Shown here one piece after another: positions 46,873 to 64,000 of a stretch of 64,000 nt of DNA. The notes under the pieces were generated by a model, which was not told the DNA's origin, searched no databases, and saw only the letters and a list, made by a program, of their open reading frames with translations. The position numbers and the translations under genes were made by a program. Position 1 is the stretch's first letter. Every line of letters begins with the position of its first letter. The DNA lies in NCBI RefSeq assembly GCF_009914755.1, contig NC_060934.1. One strand, written 5' to 3'. Source of the stretch: the human T2T-CHM13v2.0 reference genome, Homo sapiens.

Positions 46873-47594
46873 TCAGAGATATAATTGTATTAGAAAAGTC
46901 AAGAGAGGCAACTAAAAACCATTAGAATTGGTAAGAGAGGTCACTATGGTAGCAATATTGGATAAATGTAAAAGGTATGATTGACAATGATACAAACAGG
47001 CACTTGTTTTGTTTTTCTTTATAAATATCAACTTTCCTTTGCAAACTGAACTCCTAACTCTAACCCTATGCTAGCAAGGGTGGGTGGAGGATGGTGAGGA
47101 AGACTAAGCGTTGCCCAGGAATGTCTCTTCTGCTACATGTAATGATTTTGTTCAGCATGGTGGTGATTACCTATAGAGGTGCAGAGGGGATGGTGAAGGG
47201 GAGAGCAAGGGCCACAGTCTCCCTGTTACACTCTCTCCTCTGTTCGGTGGGTCAAAGCTCTCAGCAGGAGACTAGACCAAAATAATGTATGGTCTGCAGG
47301 CCAGGCTGTGCCCCTGGGCTATGATCTTTCCTCCACTGGGTTCCTTTCCATTTTCATTAAAGAAGAGAGAAAGACAGAGAAGGGAAGGAGGAAAAGAGAA
47401 AGTAATTTTTTAAGAAAGTAAAGAAGGAATAGTGAAAACAAGCAGAAAAAGAGGGGTACATATGTGCATCCTGGGAACAAAGAAGGATATGCTCCCAAAT
47501 ATTAAAGTACTTGACTGACTTAGGGAAGGAGATGTTGAGGGGCAGTATAGATGACTCTTACTTTATGCAATCCTGTGTTTAAAAATTTTTACAA

Positions 47595-48300
<706 letters not shown>

Positions 48301-50402
48301 AACAAAAACTTTGTGAAGAGCATATATAACTTTTATACTAATAAACAAGTAGTACTTTTATCTGTTAAATGTACATGTTATCATATGGATTTGTTATATA
48401 TTAACAGATGTCCAAAAAAAAAAAAAAAAACCAGAACTATCACAATATCACAATAGGATTCTGCCGTGAGTGCCCTGGATAATTTCTCTTCTAAATATGC
48501 GGTTATCTAACAAAAGTGGGAGGGAATACAATGTAGCAATGGCAAAAAAAAAAAAAAAAAAAAAGGAAAAGAAAAGCAACACACAGTGGTGGACAAAATG
48601 GAGAATCCAGAAATAGACACCACTAAATATAAATTCATTATATGATACTGTAAGCTTTTAAAAACCCTGAGGTGAGGGCATTTTCTTTGAATGGTGCTGG
48701 AATAATTGGATAGTAATTTGGGGAAGAAATTAAATCAGATTTCTATCTTAACAACATACTGCAAAAAGAAACTCCAGATGGTTTGAAGTATTCAATATAA
48801 AAGTCACATTAAATAAAATCGAAAAGAAATGAGAATGGATTATTTATCAAATCTGTGAAGGATTGGTAAATTTCTCAACTCAGAAAGTATCACTAAAGCC
48901 AGACATTCAAATATGCAAAATTTTTCATTTCTACACCTTAAAAATTAAGCAAAATTAAGATAAGAAGACATCAGATTTAAAAAATAGGGGAAGCACAGGG
49001 GCTAATGTCTGTAATCCCACCACTTTGGGAGGCTGAGGAGGGCTGATCTTTTGAGTTCAGGAGTTCAAGACCAGCCTGGGCAACATAGCAAAATCCAGAC
49101 TCTACAAAAAAATTTCAAAATTAGCCAGGCATGGTGTCACAGACCTGTGGTCCCAACTATCTGGGGGCTTGAGGTGGGAGAATCACTTGAAACCAGGAGG
49201 TCGAGGCTCCAGAGAGCCATGATTGTGCCACTGCACTCCAGCCTGGGTGACGAAGTGAGACCCTGTCTTAAAAAAAAGTACATTCATCACAGATATGACA
49301 AAGGATTAGTAGGGAAAAAAAGAGTTCATAGAAAGATCTTATTCTAGCTATTAAAAAGAAGAAGAAGAAGAAAAGAACCCAGTGGATAAATGCACAAAAG
49401 AACAGACAATTTGCATTAGGAGAATTAATAGTAAACAGAAAAATATTAAAAGGCCCATAATTGATAGTAATCAAGAAATGCAAATTACAGCAGCTGCATT
49501 CTGAATCCTGGCACTACTGTATTAACCTACATGAAGCTTTAGATTCTGGGCCCTTACTTGCTTCAGCAAATAGACCTGGTTTCCCTTTCTCTTTCACAGA
49601 GCTCAGTTAGTGCCCAAATATAATAACCTCATTATCTATAGGAGGTCAAAATTATCTCCCATTTATTCTTCCTTTCCCCGCACCTTTATGACCCATATTT
49701 TTTCTGGAAAAAAAAATAGTTATTGAATGGCTGGGCTCAGTGGCTCATGCCTGTAATCCTAGCACTCTAGGAGGCTGAGGCGGACGGATCACTTGAGCCC
49801 AGGAGTTCAAGACCAGGCTGGGCAACATGGTGAAACCCTGTCTTCACATACACACACAAAAAATACAAAAATTAGTCAGGCGTGGTGGCATGTGCCTGTA
49901 CTCCCAGCTACTCAGGAGGCTGGGGTGGAAGAATCACCTGGGCCCAGGAGGTGGAGGCTGCAGTGAGCTGTGATTGCATCACTGCACTCCAGCCTAGGCG
50001 ACAGAGCCAAACACTGTCAAAAAAAAAAAAAATTGTTGAAAATATGTAAAAATACACTTCTTCCAATTCTTTTTTTTTTCACAAGCAAGTTCTAAGTCCA
50101 TAATGCATACATATGTGAACTTTTTAACCCATGAGCTACCAGATGTCTCATGATTCTTGAGACACCTTTTAGCAGACCTATTAAGTGGCTCTGATGAGAG
50201 GATAAGAGTGACATCTTCCAGTACCTTTTCAGCTTTCCCTGACTCCCAGCCCATGCCTTGCCCTCTTCCCAAGTCCCTTACCATGACCCCTGCCCACAAC
50301 ACTCCATAAGCCCTTCCTCCTTCCTCTCTGCATCCCCATGACTTGCCTATTACAACACGGGCAGTGTCTCTCTGACACTGACCCTTTAAGCCTCTGTTTT
50401 GA

Positions 50403-50750
<348 letters not shown>

Positions 50751-51071
50751 TAAAGGTATGACTTGTTTTTGTTTGGAAAGTGGTGGTGTTAAATTAGCCA
50801 AAAAGCAAGAATAATTTAATTATAATATTTGATGATACTGTGCTGATACAGTCTCACGCTGCTGATGGAAGTAAAAATGACAAAGGCCATAAAATTGTGC
50901 ATTCTTTTTTAGCATTTAAAAGTTGTAAAAATCGCTGAGCGTGGTGGCTCACGCCTGTAATCCCAGCGGGAGGCTGAGGCGGGCAGATCACTTGATGTCA
51001 GGAGTTCGAGACCAGCCTGACCAACATGGTGAAACTCCATCTGTACTAAAAAAAATACAAAAAAAAATTTA

Positions 51072-51257
<186 letters not shown>

Positions 51258-51611
51258 TTATATATTTACGGGGTACAATGTGATGTTTTGATCTGCACTC
51301 TTTTTGATTTTATGAACGTGTGTGTGTGTGTTGTGTGTACAATGGCAAAAAAAATGATATTCTGCAAATGTATAGCCACAAGGAAAGAGTTAAATAAATT
51401 GTGATCTGGTCTCCTTGCAAAGATTGATTGGAATAGGGATGGACACCTGATCCAATAAATCCATCAGCCAACAAGTGACCTATAATTTCTGTAGCCTGGT
51501 GAAAATAAGGTAAATTGAGCCTATTAAAGACTCTGTCTCTCTCTCTCTCTTAAATTAAAAAATCTTATTGCCAATTAAGTATAGGTATTAGAGCTGGAAT
51601 ATCATCTACAC

Positions 51612-51796
51612 CAGTTGTTCTCTAACTTTAATGCTCATGAGAATCACCAGAGGAGCTGGTTAAAATATAGATTGCTGGGACCCACAGAGTTTCTGATTCA
51701 GTGGATTCAGGGTAGGGCCCAAGAATATGCTTTTCTAGTGTGCTCTCAGATGATTCTGATGCTGCTGGCCAGAGTGCCACACTTAGAAAACCACTG
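51612..51796. mobile_element. MER5A (hAT-Charlie MITE)
   Basis: CAGTTGTTCTC...GAAAACCACTG terminal inverted repeats; 8-bp TSD ATCTACAC / ATCTAGAC. Confidence 0.8.
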
Positions 51797-52225
51797 ATCT
51801 AGACATTATCAAGAAGCAACTATTTCTGGCCATGGGCAAGTAGCAGCTGTGCCACAAGCAGGAAGCCACCGTGAGAAGCAGAGATGAGCCATAGTTCCTG
51901 ACTACTTTCCTGTTCCCCTGAACCCAGCTGTTCTTGGGTTCCTGATTTTAGAGCTTCTGTGACCTCTTTGAATCTGTACACTAAACTCCATTAATGAGTC
52001 CCTTCCTTGCAACATAAAATGCCAGCCTAGAACACAGTTGAGAGAATATCATACCCTCCCATGGAGATAAAGTTCATTATCCCCAACTCCATTCCAACCC
52101 ACCGGCTGGGAAACCAAAGTTAACAAGTTGGCATGTGTATTTCCACACCTTTTCTAAGTTCCATATACACATATATCCAAGGGTTTTACTATTTCTTTTC
52201 TTTTTCTTTTTTTTTTCTGAGATAG

Positions 52226-52381
<156 letters not shown>

Positions 52382-52841
52382 TAGTAGAGATGGGGTTTCA
52401 CTGTGTTAGCCAGGATGGTCTCAATCTCCTGACCTCATGATCCGCCCGTCCCGGCCTCCCAAAGTACTGGGATTACAGGCATGAGCCACCGCGCCTGGCC
52501 TTACTATTTCTTTTATATGCCAAAAATAGATTGCTTTGTGTTAGGATTGAGATTCTGCTGCTGAAATAGATCAACATATTTATGACTTAAACAAGATGGA
52601 AGTTGACCTCTCTCACCCAAAACATCCTGAGAAAGGTGACCCAAAACTAGTGAGATGGTTCTAAGCTCTCTGAGGTCATCTTGGATCCAAGATTCTTCCA
52701 TACTACAGCCTCATCATTCTTCAGGGGTTGCCTTAGCCACAGTCTCCAGGATGGTTTACACCATGTCTGTATTCCAGTCAACAGGAAGGGAAAAGGAAGG
52801 GGGCAGGGGAAACATTACTTTTCTTTAAAAATGGAATCTCA

Positions 52842-53671
52842 GCCAACAAACATATGAAGAAAAGCTCATCATCACTGGTCATTAGAGAAATGCAAATCAA
52901 AACCACAATGAGATACTGTCTCATCCAGTTAGAATGGTGATTATAAAAAAGTCAGGAAACAATAGATGCTGACGAGGCTGTGGAGAAATACAAGCGCTTT
53001 TACACTGTTGGTGTAAGTGTAAATTAGTTCAACCATTGTGGAAAACAGTGTGGCTATTCCTCAAGGATATAGAACCAGAAATACCATTTGACCCAGCAAT
53101 CCCATTATTGGTTATATACCCAAAGGATTATAAATCATTCTACTATAAAGACACATGCACACGTATGTTTATCGCAGCGTTATTCACAATAGCAAAGACT
53201 TGGAATCAACCCAAATGCCCATCAATGATAGACTGGCTAAAGAAAATATGGCACATATACACCATGGAATACTACACAGCCATAAAAAAGAATTAGTTCA
53301 TGTCCTTTGCAGGGACATGGATGAAGCTGGAAGCCATCATTCTCAGCAAATTAACACAGGAACAGAAAATCAAACACCACATGTTCTCACTCATAAGTGG
53401 GAGTTGAACAATGAGAACACATGGACACAGGGAGGGAAACATCACACACTGGGGCCTGTCAGAGGGTTGGGGGCAAGTGGAGGGAGAGCATTAGGACAAA
53501 TACCTAATGCATGCGGGGCTTAAAACCTAGATGACAGGTTGATAGGTCTAGCAAACCACCATGGCACACGTATACCTATGCAACAAACCTGCACGTCCTG
53601 CAAATTGTATTCCAGAACTTAAAAAAAAAAGAAAAAAAAAACTCCACCACCACCACCACCACCACAACAAC
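52842..53671 (+). mobile_element. 5'-truncated L1PA (older primate subfamily): ORF2 C-terminus and 3' UTR
   Basis: ORF 53036..53296 WKTVWLFLKDIEPEIPFDPAIPLL...WHIYTMEYY is the L1 ORF2 C-terminus. Poly(A) decayed to (CAC)n(CAA)n. Imperfect TSD AAAAATGGAATCTCA / AAAAACGAAATCTCA. Confidence 0.9.
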
Positions 53672-54061
53672 AAAAACGAAATCTCAATGGTACACAGATA
53701 ATTTTTAGTCATTTCCCCTTGGCCATAATTTAGAACCATATACACAACTAATTGCCAGGGAGGCTTGGAAACAGAGTCTTTAGCTGATTAGTCATGTGCC
53801 TGGTTAAAATTTGGAGGTTCTATTACCAAAGAAAAACAGAATGACTCTTGGGGGGATATTTGGCAATCTCTGCCACACGGACTATACACAATATTCTTCA
53901 CTTTGCTTATTTCATGTGTCCCTCTAAGTAAATAGAGAACAAATCTGGCTTAATAGCTGCCTAATATTTCATTGTATAGTTATATCATAATGTATTCAGG
54001 CCAGGCATGGTGGCTAACACCTGTAATCCCAGCACTATGGGAGGCCAAGGTGGGTAGATCA

Positions 54062-54369
<308 letters not shown>

Positions 54370-54870
54370 TTATATTCCACTACTCTAATATAGTAGCTAT
54401 TTTTAGTTTTTGAAATCTTATCTTCCAGTCTTTATCTCTATAACCCAAAGGTTGGCCTCCTGGTGATCCTAAATTCTCCAGCTCTCTAGGGATATTTGTT
54501 TTGTTTGATTTTGTTTCCCCCCCTCTCTCTCCCAAGGCTCTCTCTTGCACTTCTGACTCATGGTGTTCTTAGAACATTCTCTTGGGCCATCTCTTCTCTT
54601 GAAGTCTCTAGCCTCCTGTCCTTTTGCCCACCTTTCTTTCTCTGATCTCACCCTTCATCTCCACCATCTTCTCCCCATTTCTGCCCACCTCTGCTTGCTC
54701 CAGGAAATTAAAAATGTGTCTGTCTTTATTTTGAAGAGCAATGCTGTGTTACTTATCTCACTCTAACCCAGGCCAGATTGCTACAATACTCTAGACTGCT
54801 ACAAACATGAGGGTCTTTGAAGTATTCAGCACAATTAAGAGAGCTCACTTTCTGAGGATTTCTGCCTCTA

Positions 54871-55241
<371 letters not shown>

Positions 55242-55321
55242 TCATTTCTCTAGTGTTGCGCATTTAAGATATTTCTACTTTTGTTGGGGAAAATTTGTTG
55301 TAAAATATTTTTAAACAACTA

Positions 55322-55735
<414 letters not shown>

Positions 55736-56760
55736 TTACACAGTACAATTCTACCAATTTACAATGCCATTAGCAACTAATATTTCTCCATAGCCTCACT
55801 TGTGTTTAGTTTTCAAAAGTGTTTCAAATTTGTAGATGCAAAATTGCATCTTGTTAGTATTTCCATTTTCATGTATTTGATTACCAGTACTATTGAAAAG
55901 CTTACCACTTACTTAAATTTGTATTTTCTTTTCTGTATATTGTCTGTGTCCTTGTCTGTTTGTAATTGGCTTCTTGACACTTTTTTTTTTTTTTTTGAGA
56001 TGGAGTTTCACTCTGTCGCTCAGGTTGGAGTGCAGTAGTGCGATCTCGGCTCACTGCAAGCTCCGCCTCCCGGGTCTCCTGCCTCAGCCTCCTGAGTAGC
56101 TGGGACTACAGGCACCCGCCACCATGCCCTGCTAATTTTGTTTTTTGTATTTTTAGTAGAGATGGGGTTTCACCGTGTTAGCCAGGATGGTCTCAATCTC
56201 CTGACCTCGTGATCTGCCCTCCTCAGCCTCCCAAAGTGCTGGGATTACAGGTGTGAGCCACCGCGCCTGCCCAGCTTCTTGATACTCTTAATCATAAATT
56301 TAATAAGAGCATTTGCTGATTCTTTATCATATCTGCTGCAGCTATTTCCTCTAATCTCTTCCTTTCCGTATTTATAGATTTTGTATATACTCTTATTTTT
56401 TACCATGTCCTAGCAGCTCAATTTTTCCTGTATTATTTATTGGTTTATGCTAGAAGGTAGTAGAAAATAGTTAGAAATGTATGAATTCAAATTCTAACAC
56501 TCTTATTCCTGCTCTGCCACTCTGGGTGACTGAGCAAATTACATAACCTCTCTAAGCCTTCTTCCCATCTGTAAAAACCTGATATCACTAATAATGGCAC
56601 TGAGCACACAATGTCTTATAAGGATTAAATGAGATAATGCAGGCCGGGCGCGGTGGCTCACGCCTGTAATCCCAGCACTTTGGGAGGCTGAGGCGGGTGG
56701 ATCACGAGGTCAGGAGATTGAGACCATCCTGGCTAACATGGTGAAACCTCGTCTCTACTA

Positions 56761-57002
<242 letters not shown>

Positions 57003-57211
57003 TTATTACTGTTATTCTTTTATTTGTTCAATAATTAGAAAAATGATTGTTTACCATAGCTGTGATAAATGACTGACTTGCTTTTTTACTGGTAGCTTTG
57101 TTTTTCATCTCCTTCATCCCTATGCAGCTCTGTTTTTTTTTTTTTTTTTTTTTTTTTTTTAGGAGTCTGGCTCTGTCTCTCTGTCTCCCAGGCTGGAGTG
57201 CAGTGGTATGA

Positions 57212-57448
<237 letters not shown>

Positions 57449-58479
57449 TAATGGGTACATCTGAAGCAAGAGAGGGAGATGGAGTCCAAGCACCAGAGCT
57501 CACTCATCAGGGATTCTCATGGGGGCAGTTATGAGGGAAATGGGGAACATTCTCATGGGAGGAGAAAGGCTTATAAATTAAGCCGGAGAAGTTCATTAAT
57601 AAATAGGCTGTCCACATTAACACCTGTCAATAAACAGGATTCGAAATGGCAGGTGAGGAGCTACAGAGGGTACTGCATCTGGAAACCTGGTGGGCAATGG
57701 CTCAGAGTCTGAGGGCTGAAATGAGGAAGTGCGGTATCAGCATGGAGCAAGCCAAGCCCACGGGAGCAGTGAAATGGGCCAATACTTAATCAGTATGCAC
57801 CACAGTCTCACCATACAGTGAGACCCAGAAAGACATTTGTTCTGCTAGAATGCACATTTCTGTTATGGGAATCAGCTCACTGCAGAAGTAAAATTATAGC
57901 CATCATCAGGGAAGGAAGAAGCGCTCAGCTCAGCTGCTACACTAATTGCATGAGCCCTTTCAGCTGTATTTTAGGAAAATGGCAATGAGCACACACACCC
58001 AGGGCCCTTTTCCCCAGCTCTCAGCCAGGTTGCACTGCTTCCTGGATCCACCTGACTAGCACTCAGAGCCCACCACCATCTGCACTCTTTCAACACTTGC
58101 CAGACCAGCTCTAATTAAAGTGTTGCCAGCATGTTCCCACTCTATCACATTGAACATTTTAAATATCTACTGTGACAGTCTCCAGCCACACTGAGGCAGT
58201 CTGGGCAGTCCAAGTTATCTCCTTATGTGCAAACCACTATTTTTATTAGCATTCTGGTTACAGATTTCCACAGATTACGAGTGATCTGCCTCTAACCCTA
58301 TTTTCCCCATAAGCCCTATTACTCTTACTGCTTGATTTTGCCGAACACAAGGTTCTTGAGGAATGCCTAAGTGTTGGGTGCTCCACGCACTGCCTTGGAT
58401 CCTCTTGGCCACACCTCGATTCCTGCTATTATTTGAGGACACAATTCTATGCAGGCTTCAACTCACCTCCTGTGGCCCT

Positions 58480-58910
58480 GCCTCACCTCAAGCATGCGCT
58501 GTACATCTTCCCCTGACCCCGCAAGGTTCTCCGATGCTGTGGTGCGACGTGCCTGCGGGAGCACCCCGGCACTCGCTGATGTGAAACCTACAAGCGCAAG
58601 GGCGTTACAACCTTCAAGATGACCCTCTGTCAATGCTAGATGGGAGTTCATGGGGGAACACTTACAACTCCTGCCTTTCATCCATTGGGTGGTCAGTTTG
58701 AGGCACTATCTGTATACAACTCCTCAGAAGTTGCTGTTGGGATGGAAGCCCCCGTGCCCACTGCAGTCACCAATGTGACTGGCTTGGTTTTCCTTCTTCC
58801 CTGGTCAGTTTCCTTAGTCTCCACCCCTGCTCCCTGGTATCACCACTGTCCACAGTAAACTACACACACAGTTCCTTGTACCAGGCTTGTCTTCCCAGGG
58901 GAATAAGACA
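58480..58910 (+). mobile_element. LTR16-like (ERVL) LTR
   Basis: 3' end CTCCCTGGTATCACC...TAAACTAC...CCTTGTACCAGGCTTGTCTTCCCAGGGGAATAAGACA resembles the LTR16 terminus. Confidence 0.5.
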
Positions 58911-59075
58911 GCATGTGCTGCATTAAAATGGAAACACCTTTACTTACTTTTACGTACTGTTAATCAACAGTCACTGCCCAGTTCTTCCAAGTGGCCTTTA
59001 TCATCCCTTCCCTGTAACTTCCTGGGTCCCCGTTTGAGACTCCCCCAAAGGAGTAATGTCACGCACAGCAGGAGG

Positions 59076-59093
59076 CTGCCAGCAGGGGGCTCC
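59076..59093 (+). promoter_or_regulatory. Candidate CTCF site
   Basis: CTGCCAGCAGGGGGCTCC matches the first 12 positions of core CCASYAGRKGGC exactly. Confidence 0.6.
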
Positions 59094-59273
59094 AACCCTA
59101 CACCAACATCTGTTCTGAAGGTGCCTCAGCCGGACTAGTGATCAATGCTTTAGATTTCACCCTGGCAGTGAGATACAGGTAAAGATAAGTGCCTATTCAA
59201 GCCCTATGTTCCTTTTACTGGCGATTCATGTAAACCACACTCCTAATGAATTGAGGACTAATTTTTTTTTTGA

Positions 59274-59541
<268 letters not shown>

Positions 59542-59607
59542 TGAGCCCAGACAGGAACTGTTTTAAAAGGCAAGGTCAGTGGACTAGGTATTTGAACTAT
59601 ACATTCA

Positions 59608-59901
<294 letters not shown>

Positions 59902-60106
59902 TCAAATCAAATCAAATGAACTATACATTCATTATGGATGACTCAAAAAGGTTGGGTAAATATTAAAAGTAATAAGAGACCTAGGAAGGAAATAAAGAAT
60001 TATGAGGCCAAAGGCCGGGCGCCGTGGCTCACGCCTATAATCGCAGCACTTTCAGAGGCCGAGAAAGGCGGATCACGAGGTCAGAAGATTGAGACCATCC
60101 TGGCTA

Positions 60107-60386
<280 letters not shown>

Positions 60387-60454
60387 TCAGGAGATTGACG
60401 CCATCCTGGCAAACATGGTGAAACCCCGTCTGTACTAAAAAATACAAAAAATTA

Positions 60455-60592
<138 letters not shown>

Positions 60593-60599
60593 CTATCTC

Positions 60600-60630
<31 letters not shown>

Positions 60631-60640
60631 CAAAAAAACA

Positions 60641-61830
60641 CTATAGTGGTTCCTCAAAAATTTAAACAAAATTACCACATGATCCAGCAATTCTACTTCT
60701 GGATATACATACTAAAGAATTAAGAGCAAAGATTTGAACAGATATTTATACACCCATGTTCATAGCAGCATTATTCACAATAGCCGAAAGGTGAAAACAA
60801 CTGAAATGTTCATCAACTGATGGATGAACAAACAAAATGTGTGATATACATACAGATATATATACAGTGTGATATACATACTCAAATGTTCATCAACTGA
60901 TGAATGGATAAACAAAATGCGTGATATACATACAATGGAATATGAGTCAGCCTTTAAAAGGAAGGACATTCTGACACATGCTACAACATGGATGAACCAT
61001 GGATGAGATACGCTAGGTGAAGTAAGCCAGATGCAAAAGGACAAACATTGCATGATTCCACTTATATGAGGTAACTAGAGTAATAAAATTCACAGAGACA
61101 GGAAGTGCAACAATGGTTACTAAGGACTGGGGTTGGGGGAAGAGAATCAGGAGTTATTGTTTAATGCAGCAGTCCTCAATCTTTTTGGCACCAGGGACTG
61201 GTTTTGTGGAAGACAATTTTTCCATGGACAGGTGTGGGAGGGGAAGATGCTTTTGGGATGATTCAAGGGCCTTACATTTACTCTGCACTTTATTTCTGTT
61301 ATGATTACATTCTAATACATAATGAAATCATTATACAACTCACCATAATGTAGAATCCTTCGGAGCCCTGAGCTTGTTTCCCTGCAACTAGGCAGTCCCA
61401 TCCGGAGGTGATGGGAGACAGTGACAGATCATCAGGCATTAGATTCTCATCAACAGTGGGCAACCTAGATCCCTCATATGTGCAGTTCACAGTAGAATTC
61501 ATGCTTCTATGAGAATGTAATACCGCTGCTGATCTGACAGGAGGCGGAGCTCACGTGGTAACGCAAATGACTGGGAGCGGCTGTAAATACAGATGAAGGT
61601 TTGCTCCCTCACTCGTCACTCACCTCCTGCTGTGTGACGCGGTTCCTAACAGACCACGGACTGATACAGGTCTCTGTACCCTGGTTTAATGGGTACCGGG
61701 TTTCAGCTTGGGAAAATGAAATGTTCTGCAGATAGATGGATGTGATGGTTGCACAACAATGTGAATATATTTATGCTACAGAACTATACACTTTTAAAGG
61801 TTTTAAAATAAGTTTTATATGAAACTGACA
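60641..61830 (+). mobile_element. L1MA/MB 3' end interrupted by MER1A
   Basis: GATCCAGCAATTCTACTTCTGG...CATGTTCATAGCAGCATTATTCACAATAGCC...GATGGTTGCACAACAATGTGAAT. Confidence 0.8.
61167..61683. mobile_element. MER1A (hAT-Charlie) element
   Basis: CAGCAGTCCTCAATCTTTTTGGCACCAGGGACTGGTTTTGTGGAAGACAATTTTTCC...; perfect 8-bp TSD GTTTAATG at 61159-61166 and 61684-61691. Confidence 0.88.
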
Positions 61831-61917
61831 TGTTTTCAGAAAAAAATACATTTCATATTATGTGTAATTTACTACATTACATGAGTATAATAATAAAAAC
61901 CTAAAACTCAACAGATG

Positions 61918-63845
<1,928 letters not shown>

Positions 63846-63859
63846 GAGTGTGCTTATTG

Positions 63860-64000
63860 TGGGGCTAGCCAAGCTGGAGGATGAGAGATAATTCTCAAAT
63901 CCACCTCATCAAGAATTTGGAGGGTAGGGTTTTTCATGGATAGCTCAGTGGGCAGGGGGCTAGAGAATGAGGAGTGCTGATTGATTGGGTCAGCGATGAA
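63860..64000 (-). mobile_element. ERV1 (MER4/LTR8-group) LTR fragment running off the window
   Basis: CTCAAATC...GTTTTTCATGGATA...GTGGGCAGGGGGCTAG...GAGTGCTGATTGATTGGG resembles reverse MER4-group LTRs. Confidence 0.45.

Noticed and set aside
53036-53523. Protein-coding gene from the 86-aa and 122-aa ORFs
   Set aside because: These are the C-terminus of L1 ORF2 and an alternative frame of the same 5'-truncated L1PA.

Overview
Human (primate) genomic DNA, recognisable as the 5' end of PIK3AP1 (BCAP, chr10q24.1) plus about 50 kb of upstream intergenic sequence. PIK3AP1 is on the minus strand. A CpG-island promoter carries coding exon 1 (ATG at 13565, MAAS-G), and a 417-nt coding exon 2 (3147-2731) encodes the N-terminal TIR-like domain; the rest of the gene lies beyond position 1. 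The upstream region is dominated by transposable elements: roughly 55-60 Alus by eye (including a young AluYa5 and an AluYd8), L1 fragments, MaLR and ERV LTRs (MLT1, THE1D, MER41A, LTR16), DNA transposon fossils (Tigger1, MER5A, MER1A) and a deleted two-LTR HERV-H provirus (26209-29843). It also holds a U6 snRNA retrocopy and an intact-ORF RPL13A retrocopy (RPL13AP5). Nearly all other ORFs in the track are Alu, L1 or GC-rich artefacts. I see no clear-cut novel system. The best leads are: (i) a start-stop uORF 15 nt before the BCAP AUG, followed by an out-of-frame 117-aa ORF inside exon 2; (ii) the symmetric, stop-free TIR exon bracketed by inverted Alus (skipping or circRNA architecture); (iii) a HERV-H 5' LTR whose start-site region is replaced by a triplicated TATA unit, and whose PBS is deleted; (iv) a Pol III-type Alu monomer directly upstream of the RPL13A retrocopy with no T4 terminator across it. 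Repeat subfamily calls and comparisons to reference sequences are from recalled consensus sequences, not from a search.
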